Under the pieces are notes generated by a model. The model saw nothing but the letters and a program-made list of their open reading frames with translations. It was not told where the DNA came from and made no database searches. The position numbers and the translations under genes were made by a program. Of a DNA stretch of 64,000 nt, positions 32,202 through 43,582 are shown in pieces; position 1 is the stretch's first letter; every line of letters starts with the position of its first letter. This stretch comes from an uncultured Planctomycetaceae bacterium (GTDB taxonomy: Bacteria; Planctomycetota; Planctomycetia; Isosphaerales; Isosphaeraceae), in assembly GCA_963833985.1 (NCBI GenBank), contig CAWIAD010000001.1, positions 2,848,001 through 2,912,000 on the forward strand, read 5' to 3'.

Positions 32202-33702
32202 ATGGAATCCTCTCCCCGGTTCCGATCCCGCGCCCGTGTGCCGCACCCGCCCGGTTCGTCTTCGTCGCGCTGCGGAGCCCGCCGCCGGGCGGGCCCGGGC
32301 GCGGCCCTCGCCGGGCTGGGGACCGTCTGGGCCCTTGCCTGCGTGGGCCTCGTTGCCATGGCTGCCGCAGGGGAGCCCGTCCGCGAGCGGCCGCTCCGGG
32401 CGCTCGCCATCGGAATCGGCGAGGACTACGCAAGCAATAGGCGCACCGCCGACGCCGCGCGCAGGACTTTGACGCCTGCCGACGCGCCGGGGTGTCGGTG
32501 CTGAGGATCAGCTTCAGCTGGTTCGAGATGGAGCCCGAGCCCGGGCAGTACGACTTCGCGTTCTGGGACAAGGTCATACCGATGGCCGTCGACGAGTACG
32601 GCCTGCGGCTCATTCCGTACGTCTGCTACACGCCGAGCTGGGCATCATCCAGACCCGAGAGCGACGCGGTCTGGACCACGCCACCGAAGGATCTCGCCGC
32701 CTTCGGGCGGTTCGTCAGGGCCCTGGTCCAGCGCTACAAGGGCCGGATCCACTCGTGGGAGATCTGGAACGAGCCGGATATCCCCGAGTTCTGGACGGGC
32801 TCGACGAAGCAGTACGCCGCGCTGCTCGCCGAGGGGTCGCGCGCCGTGCGCCAGGCCGACCCGGCGGCGCGGGTCGTCCTCGGAGGGATCGCCCGCCGCC
32901 CGGAGTTCCTCCGCGAACTGCTGCGGGACGAGGGGGTGTCGCCGTTGATTGACGTGGTCAACTGCCACAACTACTTCGAGACCTGGCACGACGGCACGCT
33001 CGAAGGGCTGCCGACCTACCTCGGCCTCATCGCCGGCGTGATCGACGATTACGGCCATGGCCAGGAGCTGTGGATGGCCGAGGTCGGGTACAGCAGCTAC
33101 CGGCCCAAGGGCTCCGGGCGGGTCTCGGACCGCTACATGGCCCGCCACGTATTCGAACACACTCCGGCGTACCAGGCCGAGGCACTGCTGCGAGCCATGA
33201 CGCTGATCCGGTCGACAGATCGCGTGTCGCTCGTGACGTGGTACCGGATCAACGACCTCCCGGCCGGGCAGGAGGTCATCGGCGACCTGAATAACCGGCA
33301 CCTCGGCATCGTGGACCTGCAAGGGCGGCCCAAGCCCGCGCTCGAGGGGCTCCGCGGCGCGGTCGAGCTCTTCTCGCGCCCCTGCGGCTGGCCGATGACC
33401 GCGTGCAGGCGACCCGACCGATCGCCTCGCGCGCCGAGGTGCACAGCTTCGAGGCCCCTGACGGCTCCCTGACGATCGTGGCCTGGCAGCGGACGGTCGT
33501 TCTCGGCGACGGCCCCCGGCCCGCCGCCGGCCAGGATCCCCCGCGGCCGGCCGAGGTCTTGACGCTCACCGTCCCCGGGCGCCGGCTGCGCACCGCACCC
33601 GACGCTCCGTCGCTTGAGGTCGCCAACCGCAACGAAGGGACCTCGATCCGTTTCAGCGTCACCCAGGACCACACCCTGGTCTTCCGCCTCATTCCGGATT
33701 AA
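32202..33702 (+). CDS. Clan GH-A glycoside hydrolase (GH5/GH39-like), multiple frameshifts
   Basis: WEIWNEPD acid/base and LWMAEVGY nucleophile motifs; N- and C-terminal parts in other frames. Confidence 0.75.
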
Positions 33703-33715
33703 CCGAAGGTCTGTT

Positions 33716-33893
33716 GCTCGTTCCACGCAGAGCCTGGGTACAGGTTTGTAACTCTTCCCTCGTTCCCACGCTCCGCGTGGGAATGCCGTCTGCGACGCTC
33801 CCGCGTCGATCGGGCCAGCGCTGAGGCCAGGAAATCCGTGGGACGCCGAGCGTCCCGATCGCTGTACCCTCGCAGAGCGCTGGTACAAGTCTG
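33716..33893. repeat. REPIN-like element (TCGTTCCCACGCTCCGCGTGGGAATGC family)
   Basis: 33756-33893 matches the reverse complement of ~58664-58801. Confidence 0.85.
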
Positions 33894-34203
33894 TAACACT
33901 TCTCTCATCCCTTTCTGGTGAACGTTCTCTCAACATTAATAGGTCTTATTCGGCGCCGTTCTCCTGATCGGCCCCAGAGGCGTGGTGAACAGGCGCCAGC
34001 CCATGATCACCTGTGACTCGATTCCTCTCCCTTCCTCTCCGCGAGGATTTCGGGGCGGGAGAAGACTGGAATCGCCGGGCGGGGTCGACTACGTTATGCA
34101 TGGTGAGCGGCGGAAGGCTGGCTCGGAACGGCCGTGGCGGTTGGCAGGATCCCGGTTCCGAACGCATGGTCAAGCTCCAGAGACTCGGAGAACAGAGTCG
34201 CCG

Positions 34204-35600
34204 ATGCATGACGTTGCAGTGATCCCATGGAAGCTCCGCGCAGTGCTGGCCTCTGCCCTGGGTGTTCTATCCTTGGCATCTGGCGGCTGCGAGGGGGGGC
34301 GCACGGCGACCACGAAACCGGCCGCACCGGCACCGGCGGTCACCGTGGTCCGTGCCCGCAAGATGGACATCCCGATCGTCGTCCGCCGCGACGGTACCAC
34401 CCGGGCGCTCAACGAAGTGACCATCCGGGCGCGCGTGAAGGGGTTCCTGGACGAGATGCACTTCAAGGAGGGCTCGAACATCAAGCAGGGGGAGCTGCTC
34501 CTGGTCATCGAGGAAGAGCCGTTCCAGGTCAAGGTCGCCCAGGCGAAGGCGGTTCTTGCCGAGGCCGAAGCGGAGCTCAAGAAGGCCAGGGCATCGAAAT
34601 CACGCGAGATGGCCAAGGCCCGGGTGTCGCTGGACGAGACGCAGCTCCAGCTCGACCGCGTGGAGGAGCGCAGGGAACGCAGCCTGTTCGCGCAAGGCCG
34701 CTTCCCAGGACGACTATGACCAGGCCAAGGCCAAGGCGGACAAGAGCGTTGCCCAGGTGGAAGCCGACACCGCGGCCCACCAGCAATCGCTGGCCGACTA
34801 CGATATCAACATCCTCTCCGCCCAGGCCAAGATCGAACAGGCCAGGGCCGATCTTCGTTCCGCCGAGATCGACCTGAGCTACTGCCGCATGACCGCTCCG
34901 ATCCGCGGGCGGATCGGTCAGCTCCAGGTGAAGCTGGGGAACCTGGTCGGCTCGGCGACGTCCTCGGGTGACTCGACCTCGCTGGTCACCGTCCAGCAGC
35001 TAGACCCCATGGGCGTCGACCTCCGGCCGCCCTCGCGCTATCTGCCCATCATCACCCGGCTCGTCAAGCAGGGGCTCGAGATCAAGCTGCGGGTGGAGGG
35101 TCAGCGGGACCACCCCTATACGGGCAAGATCACCTTCCTGGACAACACGGTCGACGCCACCACATCGACCGTTCTGGTCAAGGCCGAGGTGCCCAACCCA
35201 GAGGAGCTCATCCTGCCCGGCGAGTACGTGAAGGTCGAGCTCACCATCGGCGATTACTCCGGCGGGCTGGTCATCCCCGACGCGGCCGTCGTCGAGGCCC
35301 AGGAAGGCTCGCGCGTGCTGATTGTTGACGATCAGAACAACGTCAAGCTGGCCGTCATCAAGGTCCTGGACGTCTACCAGGGGCTGGCGGTCGTGGAATC
35401 GGGCCTCGCGGAGGGGCAGAAGGTGATCGTCAAGGGGGTCCAGCTCGCCCGCCCGGGACAGACCGTGAAAGCCGAGGAAGCCGAGCTGGAAACCTTCTCC
35501 CGTCCCGACTCCGACAGTGTCGCGCCCGACGCGCTGGACAGCCCGCTCATGCGCTGCGCAGCTCCGACACCCCGAAGCAACACCCAGCAGGTTCGCCATA
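34204..35600 (+). CDS. RND efflux periplasmic adaptor (MFP), frameshifted near 34690 and probably near 35555
   Basis: VTIRARVKGFL...FKEG; DLSYCRMTAPIRGRIG, DNTVDATTST, GLAEGQKVIVKG. Confidence 0.85.
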
Positions 35601-35907
35601 ATTCTTTAACAGGCATTCATCCGTTTGATGCGATCCTGGATGACCGGGAGGCCGCTCTTCGTGGAGCACGATTCCATTCGTGTCACTTCTTTTATCTGAT
35701 GGACCAGGAAGAATGGCACGATTGGAAGCGTACCTCACGGGCAGAGCGGCGAGGCAGGGCACTCAGCCACGGGCAAGCGAACGGCAATCCTGTCCGAAGA
35801 CTTCTGGGGATCTGCTTGGCCACGGTGGATTGAGCCAGAAATGGCCCATGTTGTCTCACCGAGTTCTCCGTGGCCTTGTTTCCACCTGGTATTGAGCGAG
35901 ACGTGAC

Positions 35908-38900
35908 ATGGTCAATTTCTTCATCGGCCGGCCGATCTTTGCCACCGTACTGGCGCTCATCCTGGTGCTGATCGGCGGCATCTGCATGGGCGTGCTGCCG
36001 ATCTCGCTCTACCCGGATATCGTTCCGCCCCAGGTCCAGATCACCGCGACCTACACCGGCGCCGACGCCCAGACCGTGGCCGACTCGGTGACCACCCCGA
36101 TCGAGCAGAAGGTCAACGGGGTGAACAACATGATCTACATGTCGTCGGACAGCACCAGCAACGGCGTGTCGCGCATCCTGGTGACGCTCGACGTCGGCGC
36201 CTCGCAAGATATCGGCGCCATCGACGTACAGAACAAGGTGGATACGGCCAAGCCCACGCTGCCGCCCGAGGTCACGCAGGTGGGCGTGGAGAGCAAGAAG
36301 ACCACGACCAACATGGTCTGCGTGGTGAACCTGCTCAGTCCCGGGGGCACGTACGACTCGAGCTTCCTGGACAACTACGTGCAGATCAACGTTGTGGACG
36401 TGCTCAGGCGCATCCGCGGCATCAGCGATATCAACGTCTTTGGCCGCAAGTACGCCATGCGCGTCTGGCTCGACCCGGATCGGATGTCGAACCAGCAAAT
36501 CTCGCCCGATGAGGTGATCCGGGCGATCCAGTCGGAGAATCGCCAGGCCGCCGCCGGCAAGATCGGCGCACCGCCGGTCCCCTCCGGCCAGCAGTTCGAG
36601 TTTCCCGTCACGGCCAGGGGCCGGCTCACGCAGGCCAGTGAGTTCGAGCAGATCATCGTCCGCGCCCGGTCGGACGGATCGAAGGTCTTGCTCAGGGACG
36701 TGGCCCGCGTGGAGCTCGGCTCCGAAACCTATGAGCAAACGGGCTTCCTGAACGGCAAGCCCGCCGCGACCATTCCCATTTACCAGTACTCCAATGCCAA
36801 TGCGCTGTCCATCGTTGCCCAGGTTCGCCAGGAGATGGACCGCCTGGCGCGGAATTTTCCGCCCGACGTGCAGTACCGGATCGCCTTTGATACCACGCGC
36901 TACGTCGATGAGAACATTCAGGAGGTCAAGCACACCCTGCTCGAAGCGTTCGCGCTGGTCCTGATCGTGGTGTTCGTCTTCCTGCAAGGGCTGAGAACCA
37001 CGCTCATCCCCATGGTGGCAATCCCGGTCTCGCTGGTGGCCACCTTCGCGCTTATGGCAGTCTTTGGCTTCTCGATCAACACCCTCACGCTCATGGGGCT
37101 GGTGCTGGCGATTGGCCTTGTTGTGGACGACGCGATCATCGTGGTCGAGAACGTCGAGAAGTTCCTGGAGCGCGGGTACAACCCGCACGACGCCACCCGC
37201 GCGGCGATGGCCGAGATCACCACGCCCATCGTCACGATCACGCTGGTACTGGGGGCGGTATTCGTGCCGGTGGCGTTCATCCCGGGGCTCACGGGCCGGC
37301 TTTACAACCAGTTCGCGCTGACGATCGTCTTCTCGTTCCTTTTCTCGGCGATCAATTCGCTCACCTTCAGTCCGGCCATGTCGCGCCTCTTGTTGAAGGC
37401 GAAACCCCATCACGGCGAGGCGAAGTTCTTCTTCTTCCGCTGGTTCAACCGGGGGATGACCTGGCTGGAGAACTCGTACGATTCGTTCCTGGAGTACACG
37501 GCCCATCACTGGTGGACCGTCGTCATCCCCTCGCTGGCGCTGCTGGCCTTGACCGGCTGGATGATCATCGATCGCCCCAAGTCGTTCGTGCCGGTAGAGG
37601 ACCAGGGATACCTCGTGGTCACGGTGCAGACGGCCGATGGCACCACCCAGGAGCCGACCGCGCGGGTGATGGAGCGGGTCGAGCAGATCGCCTTGAAGAT
37701 GGACGGCGTGGCCGACACGATCCGCTTTGACGGTCTCAACCCGCTCACCCAGGTGAACCAGTCCAACAGTGGCGCCGTGTACGTGGTGCTCAAGCACTGG
37801 AAGGAACGCGGAGCACCGGAGCTGCGCGCCCGGGCACTGGTCGCGCGGCTCCAGCAGGCACTGGCGGCCGAGGTCCAGGACGCCATCGCCCTGGTCTTCC
37901 CGCCTCCGCCCATCCAGGGGCTGGGAACCACCGGCGGATTCGAGTTCCTGATCGAGGACCGCGAAGGGCGCGGGGTGCAGGCCCTGGCGGACGTCGCCGA
38001 CGCATTCATGGCCGAGGCCCGCAAGCGGCCGGAGCTCTCCGGCCTGTACACGCCGTTTTCGGTGCGCGTGCCCCAGCTCCGGTTCGAGCTCGACCGCGGC
38101 AAGGCACGCAACCTGGACGTTCAGGTCTCCTCGATCTTCGAGACGTTGCAGGTGTACCTGGGCGGTTATTACATCAATGATTTCAACCGCTTCGGCAAGA
38201 CCTGGCGGGTTTACGTGCAGTCCGAGGGCGACCACCGCCGGCTCACCGACGATATCCTCAAGCTGAAGGTGCAGAACGCCCGGGGAGAGTCGGTTCAACT
38301 GGCCGCCCTGGGCACGGTGAGGACCATCGTCGGGCCCATCGACGTGCCGCACTACAACCTCTACAACGCGGCCAAGATCACGGGCAACCCCGGCGGCGGA
38401 TACAGCTCGGGCCAGGCCACGCAGGCCATGGAAGAGGTGGCGGCCGCCACGCTCCCTGACGGCTTCGGCTTCGAGTGGACCGGCTCGACCTACCAGGAGC
38501 AGAAGACCGGCAACCAGGCCACCTCCATCTTCGCGCTGTCCATCGTCTGCGTCTTCCTGTTCATGGCCGCACTGTACGAGAGCTGGGTGCGGCCGATCGT
38601 GATCATCCTGACCGTTCCGCTGGCGACCTTCGGCGCCGTCGCCGGGCTCTGGATCTTCAACTTGCCGCTGGATGTCTTCGGCCAGATCGGCCTGGTGATG
38701 CTCATCGGCCTGGAGACGAAGAACGCCATCCTGGTGGTGGAATTCGGGGTGGAGCTCATGCAGAAGCACGGCATGAGCATCATCGACTCTGCCAAGGAAG
38801 CCGCCCGGCAAAGGCTGCGGCCCATCCTCATGACCTCGTTCGCCTTCATCATGGGCGTGCTGCCCATGGCGCGTGCCACCGGGGCAGGGGCCTATAGCCG

Positions 38901-39105
38901 CAACTCGCTGGGCATCGTCATTGCCTCGGGCATGCTCATCAGCACCATCCTCGGCCGTTTCGTCATCCCTGTCTATTACGTCCTCGGCGAGCGGATCATC
39001 CAGGCCTGCTCGCGTCCCGGACCGGCTCAGCCGGCTGACGCCAGCCCGGACCACGCACCGGAGCAGCCGCCCGAATCCGATGACGACCGCATGGACCACG
39101 CCTGA
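35908..39105 (+). CDS. RND efflux permease (HAE1/AcrB family)
   Basis: FFIGRPIFA, GLVVDDAIIVVENVE, RLRPILMTS. Confidence 0.95.
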   Translation: MVNFFIGRPIFATVLALILVLIGGICMGVLPISLYPDIVPPQVQITATYTGADAQTVADSVTTPIEQKVNGVNNMIYMSSDSTSNGVSRILVTLDVGASQDIGAIDVQNKVDTAKPTLPPEVTQVGVESKKTTTNMVCVVNLLSPGGTYDSSFLDNYVQINVVDVLRRIRGISDINVFGRKYAMRVWLDPDRMSNQQISPDEVIRAIQSENRQAAAGKIGAPPVPSGQQFEFPVTARGRLTQASEFEQIIVRARSDGSKVLLRDVARVELGSETYEQTGFLNGKPAATIPIYQYSNANALSIVAQVRQEMDRLARNFPPDVQYRIAFDTTRYVDENIQEVKHTLLEAFALVLIVVFVFLQGLRTTLIPMVAIPVSLVATFALMAVFGFSINTLTLMGLVLAIGLVVDDAIIVVENVEKFLERGYNPHDATRAAMAEITTPIVTITLVLGAVFVPVAFIPGLTGRLYNQFALTIVFSFLFSAINSLTFSPAMSRLLLKAKPHHGEAKFFFFRWFNRGMTWLENSYDSFLEYTAHHWWTVVIPSLALLALTGWMIIDRPKSFVPVEDQGYLVVTVQTADGTTQEPTARVMERVEQIALKMDGVADTIRFDGLNPLTQVNQSNSGAVYVVLKHWKERGAPELRARALVARLQQALAAEVQDAIALVFPPPPIQGLGTTGGFEFLIEDREGRGVQALADVADAFMAEARKRPELSGLYTPFSVRVPQLRFELDRGKARNLDVQVSSIFETLQVYLGGYYINDFNRFGKTWRVYVQSEGDHRRLTDDILKLKVQNARGESVQLAALGTVRTIVGPIDVPHYNLYNAAKITGNPGGGYSSGQATQAMEEVAAATLPDGFGFEWTGSTYQEQKTGNQATSIFALSIVCVFLFMAALYESWVRPIVIILTVPLATFGAVAGLWIFNLPLDVFGQIGLVMLIGLETKNAILVVEFGVELMQKHGMSIIDSAKEAARQRLRPILMTSFAFIMGVLPMARATGAGAYSRNSLGIVIASGMLISTILGRFVIPVYYVLGERIIQACSRPGPAQPADASPDHAPEQPPESDDDRMDHA

Positions 39106-39339
39106 ACCTGTCCCCGTGTCCCATTCTCCGGCGCGTCATCTCCTTTTGCCACATTTGGTTGTCACGCGGAATCGTGGCCTACGTTTAGATAGACAAAGTG
39201 CTTTGATGAATCAATGCACGTGGCAGGAAAAATCCATTTCCGGATTCGGAGTTGCGGTTCTTTTGAAACTGGCATGGCGGTTGCATTCTCTTCACCATCG
39301 TGCCCCGAAGGAACTGGTAAACGACAGCGAGGAGTGACA

Positions 39340-39519
39340 ATGGACGCGACTTCTCAGGTGATGGTGACGCTCTCAGACGACCTGCTCAGGCAACTTCGGA
39401 AGGAAGCACGCGAACAGCATGTTCCGCTGCGCTGGGTCGTGGCCGGTCTGGTGTGCGATACGCTGGAATCTGGACAGAAATGCGTGGAGAAGCGGCAGCC
39501 CGCTTTGGCCGCACGTTGA
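39340..39519 (+). CDS. Small ribbon-helix-helix-like protein
   Basis: VMVTLSDDLLRQLRKEAREQHVP; GAGGAG SD. Confidence 0.55.
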   Translation: MDATSQVMVTLSDDLLRQLRKEAREQHVPLRWVVAGLVCDTLESGQKCVEKRQPALAAR

Positions 39520-39596
39520 TATGGGACCACGTTCCGGTCCTGCCGGCTTCCTGGCGCTGGCACGCTCGGGCGCGGTGATGCCCGACGGAAACGTCG

Positions 39597-40124
39597 ATGC
39601 TCGTGATCATGATGCTGGCGACCTGGTGTCTGGGCCCTCAGTCATCTCTGGGCGACGAGATCGTCGCCTATGCCCGAACCAGAATTGGCCAGAAGGTAGG
39701 CGATGGCCAGTGCACGGCGCTCGCCGAGGCAGCGCTCCGCCATTGCCACGCACGTCGGCCAGAGCCTGCCGCCGGACTCTGGGGCGACGAGGTGAAGGCC
39801 TTGCGCGAATTGCAGCCCGGCGATATTCTGCAATTCGAGAGTGCGGTGTTCGTGCAGCACAAGGTGATCCAGGGCGGAGGACGCCTGACCCTGACCACAC
39901 GCTTTCCCCACCACACGGCCATTGTGCAGAGCATCCGCAAGCGCAGTCCCAGGCCGGTGCTGGTGATCCTGCACCAGAACGCCGGCGCGGCGGGAAGCAG
40001 TGACGCCGAGGCGAAAGTGGTCCACGAGTGGACACTCGAGATGGCAGGCCAGCGCGGTGGAACCGTCAAGGCGTATCGGCCGGTGCCCGAGCGCGCCGCG
40101 GTGCCGAAGCCTGCCGATCCGTGA
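39597..40124 (+). CDS. Secreted protein with a putative CHAP/NlpC-P60-like cysteine hydrolase fold
   Basis: VGDGQCTALA, PGDILQF, HHTAIV, HQN. Confidence 0.6.
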   Translation: MLVIMMLATWCLGPQSSLGDEIVAYARTRIGQKVGDGQCTALAEAALRHCHARRPEPAAGLWGDEVKALRELQPGDILQFESAVFVQHKVIQGGGRLTLTTRFPHHTAIVQSIRKRSPRPVLVILHQNAGAAGSSDAEAKVVHEWTLEMAGQRGGTVKAYRPVPERAAVPKPADP

Positions 40125-40220
40125 GCGCCCCTGAGATTTTCAGAACGACTTCGCAAGCCACCGAGCACTGTCCTGGCGCGGTTTTCTGACGCGTTGCAGG
40201 CAGTTTCTGATTTCTGGAAG

Positions 40221-40298
40221 GGGGGCAGACATTCCTGTCTGCCGATATTCCTGTCTGACAGGGCAGGCCTGCTCCAGTGGCAGGAATGACTGCCCCGC
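40221..40298. repeat. REP-like palindrome GGCAGACATTCCTGTCTGCC with a degenerate partner
   Basis: 8-bp stem, 4-nt loop; lies between convergent genes. Confidence 0.6.
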
Positions 40299-40330
40299 GG
40301 TCTCAGTCTGCGATCTGAGTGCAAACCGCT

Positions 40331-40828
40331 CTAGTTCGGAACGGTTTCTCCCGGTGCCTGCGCAAGCTTCTCGAGCATCTCTTGCACGTGCCGGCTGGTC
40401 TGGAGTTGCGACGAGAAGACGTGGCGGACCACGCCGTTGCGGTCGATCAGGTAAGTCACGCGACCGGGCATGAGACCCAGGGTCCGGGGAACTCCGTAAC
40501 GTGCGCGGACCGCGCCATCGTGGTCCGAGAGCAGTGCGAATGGCAGCTTGAAACGCTCCGCGAAGCGGCGGTGCGAATCTGCCGAATCCGAGCTGATGCC
40601 AATGACCTGCGCACCGGCCTCCTGGAACACCTCATAGCTGTCGCGGAACGCACACGCTTCGGCCGTGCACCCCGGCGTGCCGTCCCTGGGATAAAAGAAG
40701 AGGACCACCTGCGACTTGCCGCGAAACCCGGAGAGGGTCACCGGATCGCCGGCTGCCGCGGGCAGTGTGAAATCCGGCGCGAGGTCGCCAGTACCGATCG
40801 GTCGCTGTGCGGGCATGGTTCTCATCAC
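40331..40828 (-). CDS. bcp: Peroxiredoxin Q / BCP
   Basis: FFYPRDGTPGCTAEACAFRD. Confidence 0.9.
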   Translation of the reverse strand: MMRTMPAQRPIGTGDLAPDFTLPAAAGDPVTLSGFRGKSQVVLFFYPRDGTPGCTAEACAFRDSYEVFQEAGAQVIGISSDSADSHRRFAERFKLPFALLSDHDGAVRARYGVPRTLGLMPGRVTYLIDRNGVVRHVFSSQLQTSRHVQEMLEKLAQAPGETVPN

Positions 40829-40993
40829 TGACTGCGCAGAGTGTTCTGTCAGACATCAAAATACAGTGGACTGCCGGGCAACGCAATTCGCAGCAGAGCG
40901 ATCAAGGAGATTGAAGGTTCGCGCGCCTCTCGCTAGAGTTCCTGTTGTTCAACATCTGTTGTTCGCGCTCTGAACCTCAAGCGGGACGCTCTG

Positions 40994-42410
40994 ATGCTGC
41001 GTATCGTCGGCCCCGGTGTTCGCCTCTGTGACGGCTGGAACCGCCGCGAGGTGATGAGGATTGGCGGGCTGGGCTGCCTGGGAGCGGGTCTCGGCCTGGC
41101 GGATCTGTTGCAACCGGGCGCGCAAGCCCGAACCACCGCGGCCGGGGCCTCGTCGTTTGGCCGGGCGCGTTCGTGCATCGTCCTGTTCCTGATGGGCGGC
41201 CCGCCCCAGCATTCCACCTGGGACCCCAAGCCGGACGCCCCCGCGGAGGTGCGCGGCGAGTTCCGGCCGATTGCCACCACGGTCCCGGGCCTGTCGCTCT
41301 CCGAGCTGCTGCCCCGCACGGCTCGGGTCGCCGACAAGCTCTGCATCCTGCGGGCCATGTCGACGGGAGACAATGCCCACTCATCAAGCGGTTATTACAT
41401 GCTCACGGGACGGCCGCATCAACCGATGAACTTCGAGAATGCCAATCCCGGCCCCCCCAACGACGTGCCCAGCACGGGTGCGGTGCTCTGCGGCATCGAG
41501 ACGCCCAGGGGAGGCCTGCCCACCTCGGTCACCTTGCCGCACCGGATCTTCAACACCGACGGCAGCGTCTGGCCGGGACAGGACGCCGGCTTGCTGGGTC
41601 GGGCCTGCGATCCCTGGCTGTTGAACGCGAAGCTGACCTCCCAGGGCTACCACATCCAGGAGGCTCGATCTCCCCGCCGAGATCGATTCCAGCCGGCTGA
41701 GCCGCCGCGAGGGCCTGCTGAACCAGTTCCGGAACCGTCTTGATGAGCTGGACCGGAGCAAGATCGCCCGGACGTTCGACGCCCAGACTCGCCGCGCCCT
41801 GGATCTGCTGGGGTCCTCGCGGGCACAGCGGGCGCTGCGGCTCGACGAGGAGCCCGAGCGCAATCGCGACCGCTACGGACCGACCCCGTTCGGCCAGAGC
41901 GTCTTGCTGGCGCGACGGCTCGTCGAGAGCGGCGTCCGGCTGGTCCAGGTGAACTGGTACCGGGGCCCGGACGAGCCCCCGGCGAACCCCTGCTGGGACA
42001 GCCACACGGGGGAGTCGTCGAGACTGAAGACCGCGCTCGCGCCTCCCTTCGACCTGGCATTCTCGGCGCTCGTCGAGGACCTGACGCGCCGCGGCCTGCT
42101 CGAGGAGACCCTGGTGGTCTGCATGGCCGAGTTCGGCCGCAGCCCGCGCCTCGACGGCAATGGCGGACGCAATCACTGGGGCTCGGTCTTCTCCGTGGCG
42201 CTGGCCGGCGGGGGCGTCCGGGGCGGGCTCGTGCATGGCGCATCCGACCGCATCGGCGCGTATCCCGTCGAAGGAAAAGTGCGCCCGGAGGATTTGCTCG
42301 CAACCGTCTTTCACTGCCTCGGCCATGCTCCCGAAACCGTCTATCATGACCCGCTCGGCCGGCCGCAGCCGATCAGCCGGGGTGAGGTGCTGCACGCCAT
42401 CCTCGGCTGA
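40994..42410 (+). CDS. DUF1501 protein (frameshift near 41665)
   Basis: RREVMRIG, FLMGGPPQHSTWDPKP, WDSH, EFGRSP, GRNHW. Confidence 0.9.
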
Positions 42411-42510
42411 CAAACGCTCTTCCGCACCAGAAACAGAGGCGAGAACTGCGGAGTGGCGGCCGCATTCCAGGCCGAGACCCTGGTTCCCACAAAGGGTTGA
42501 ACGAAACCTC

Positions 42511-43542
42511 ATGCCGGCATCTGTTTTTTCGATGGGCAACGTTGCACGCCCACTCACGGCTGTTCTCCAGTTGCTTCTTGTCCTGGTTCCAAGCGGTACA
42601 TTCGTCAAGGAAGTGCGGGCCCAGGAGGGAGCCGTGCGGGGCGTGCACGACCCTTGCGTGATTCTGGAGAACGGCGTGTACTACCTGTTCTCCACGGGAC
42701 CCGGAATCCCCGTCCGGCGCTCGCGTGACCTGTATCACTGGGAGCGAGCGGGGCAAGTCTTCGCCAGCAACCCGGCGTGGTTCCGGGACGCCGTGCCGGG
42801 TGCCACCTGGATCTGGGCGCCGGATGTCTCGCGCGTCCACGGCCGCTTCTTCCTCTATTACTCGGTCTCGACTTTCGGGTCCAATCGATCGTGCATCGGC
42901 CTGGCCACGAACGCGACCCTCGACCCGGCTCGACCCGACTACCATTGGGTGGACGAGGGCCCGGTGATCTGCTCGCGCAAGGAGGACGACTTCAATGCCA
43001 TCGACCCGAACCTCGTGGCCGAGGCCAGCGACCGGCTCTGGCTGACATTCGGCTCATTCTGGAGCGGGATCAAGCTGGTGCGGCTCGACGCTCGTACCGG
43101 CAAGCTCGAGAGCGGTCCCAGGCAGCTCATCGCACTGGCCTCGCGCCCCGGTTCGCACGCCCTGGAGGCACCGTTCCTCATCCGGCACGCCAGTGATTAC
43201 TTTCTCTTCCTGTCGTTCGACCGATGCTGCCGGGGTGCTCAAAGTACTTACAAGGTGGCGGTCGGCCGATCGCAGAGCCTCGCGGGCCCCTACGTGGACC
43301 GGCTCGGCACACCCCTTCGAGACGGGGGCGGGACCGTCATCCTCTCAAGCCAGGGAAGAGTGCGCGGGCCCGGGCATAACGCGGTCTTGCAGGACGGCGA
43401 TCACACCTGGTTCGTGCACCACTTCTACGACGCCGAGCAGCGCGGCGCCCGGACCTTGCAGATCCGTCCCTTGAGCTGGGATGAAACCGGCTGGCCAGTC
43501 GTCGGAGCGCCGATCACGGCCGGTCAGCAGCCGTCCCGATGA
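42511..43542 (+). CDS. GH43 endo-arabinanase-like glycoside hydrolase
   Basis: VHDP, WAPD, NAIDP, FGSFWSGI, EAPF, GPGHN. Confidence 0.9.
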   Translation: MPASVFSMGNVARPLTAVLQLLLVLVPSGTFVKEVRAQEGAVRGVHDPCVILENGVYYLFSTGPGIPVRRSRDLYHWERAGQVFASNPAWFRDAVPGATWIWAPDVSRVHGRFFLYYSVSTFGSNRSCIGLATNATLDPARPDYHWVDEGPVICSRKEDDFNAIDPNLVAEASDRLWLTFGSFWSGIKLVRLDARTGKLESGPRQLIALASRPGSHALEAPFLIRHASDYFLFLSFDRCCRGAQSTYKVAVGRSQSLAGPYVDRLGTPLRDGGGTVILSSQGRVRGPGHNAVLQDGDHTWFVHHFYDAEQRGARTLQIRPLSWDETGWPVVGAPITAGQQPSR

Positions 43543-43582
43543 CCTGTCCGCCTCATCATCCGATTCCCCTGGGTTTTCGACC

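Noticed and set aside
35692..39099. Long antisense ORFs (also 13330..15108, 19515..21881, 25278..26945)
   Set aside because: Shadow frames of high-GC genes on the opposite strand.
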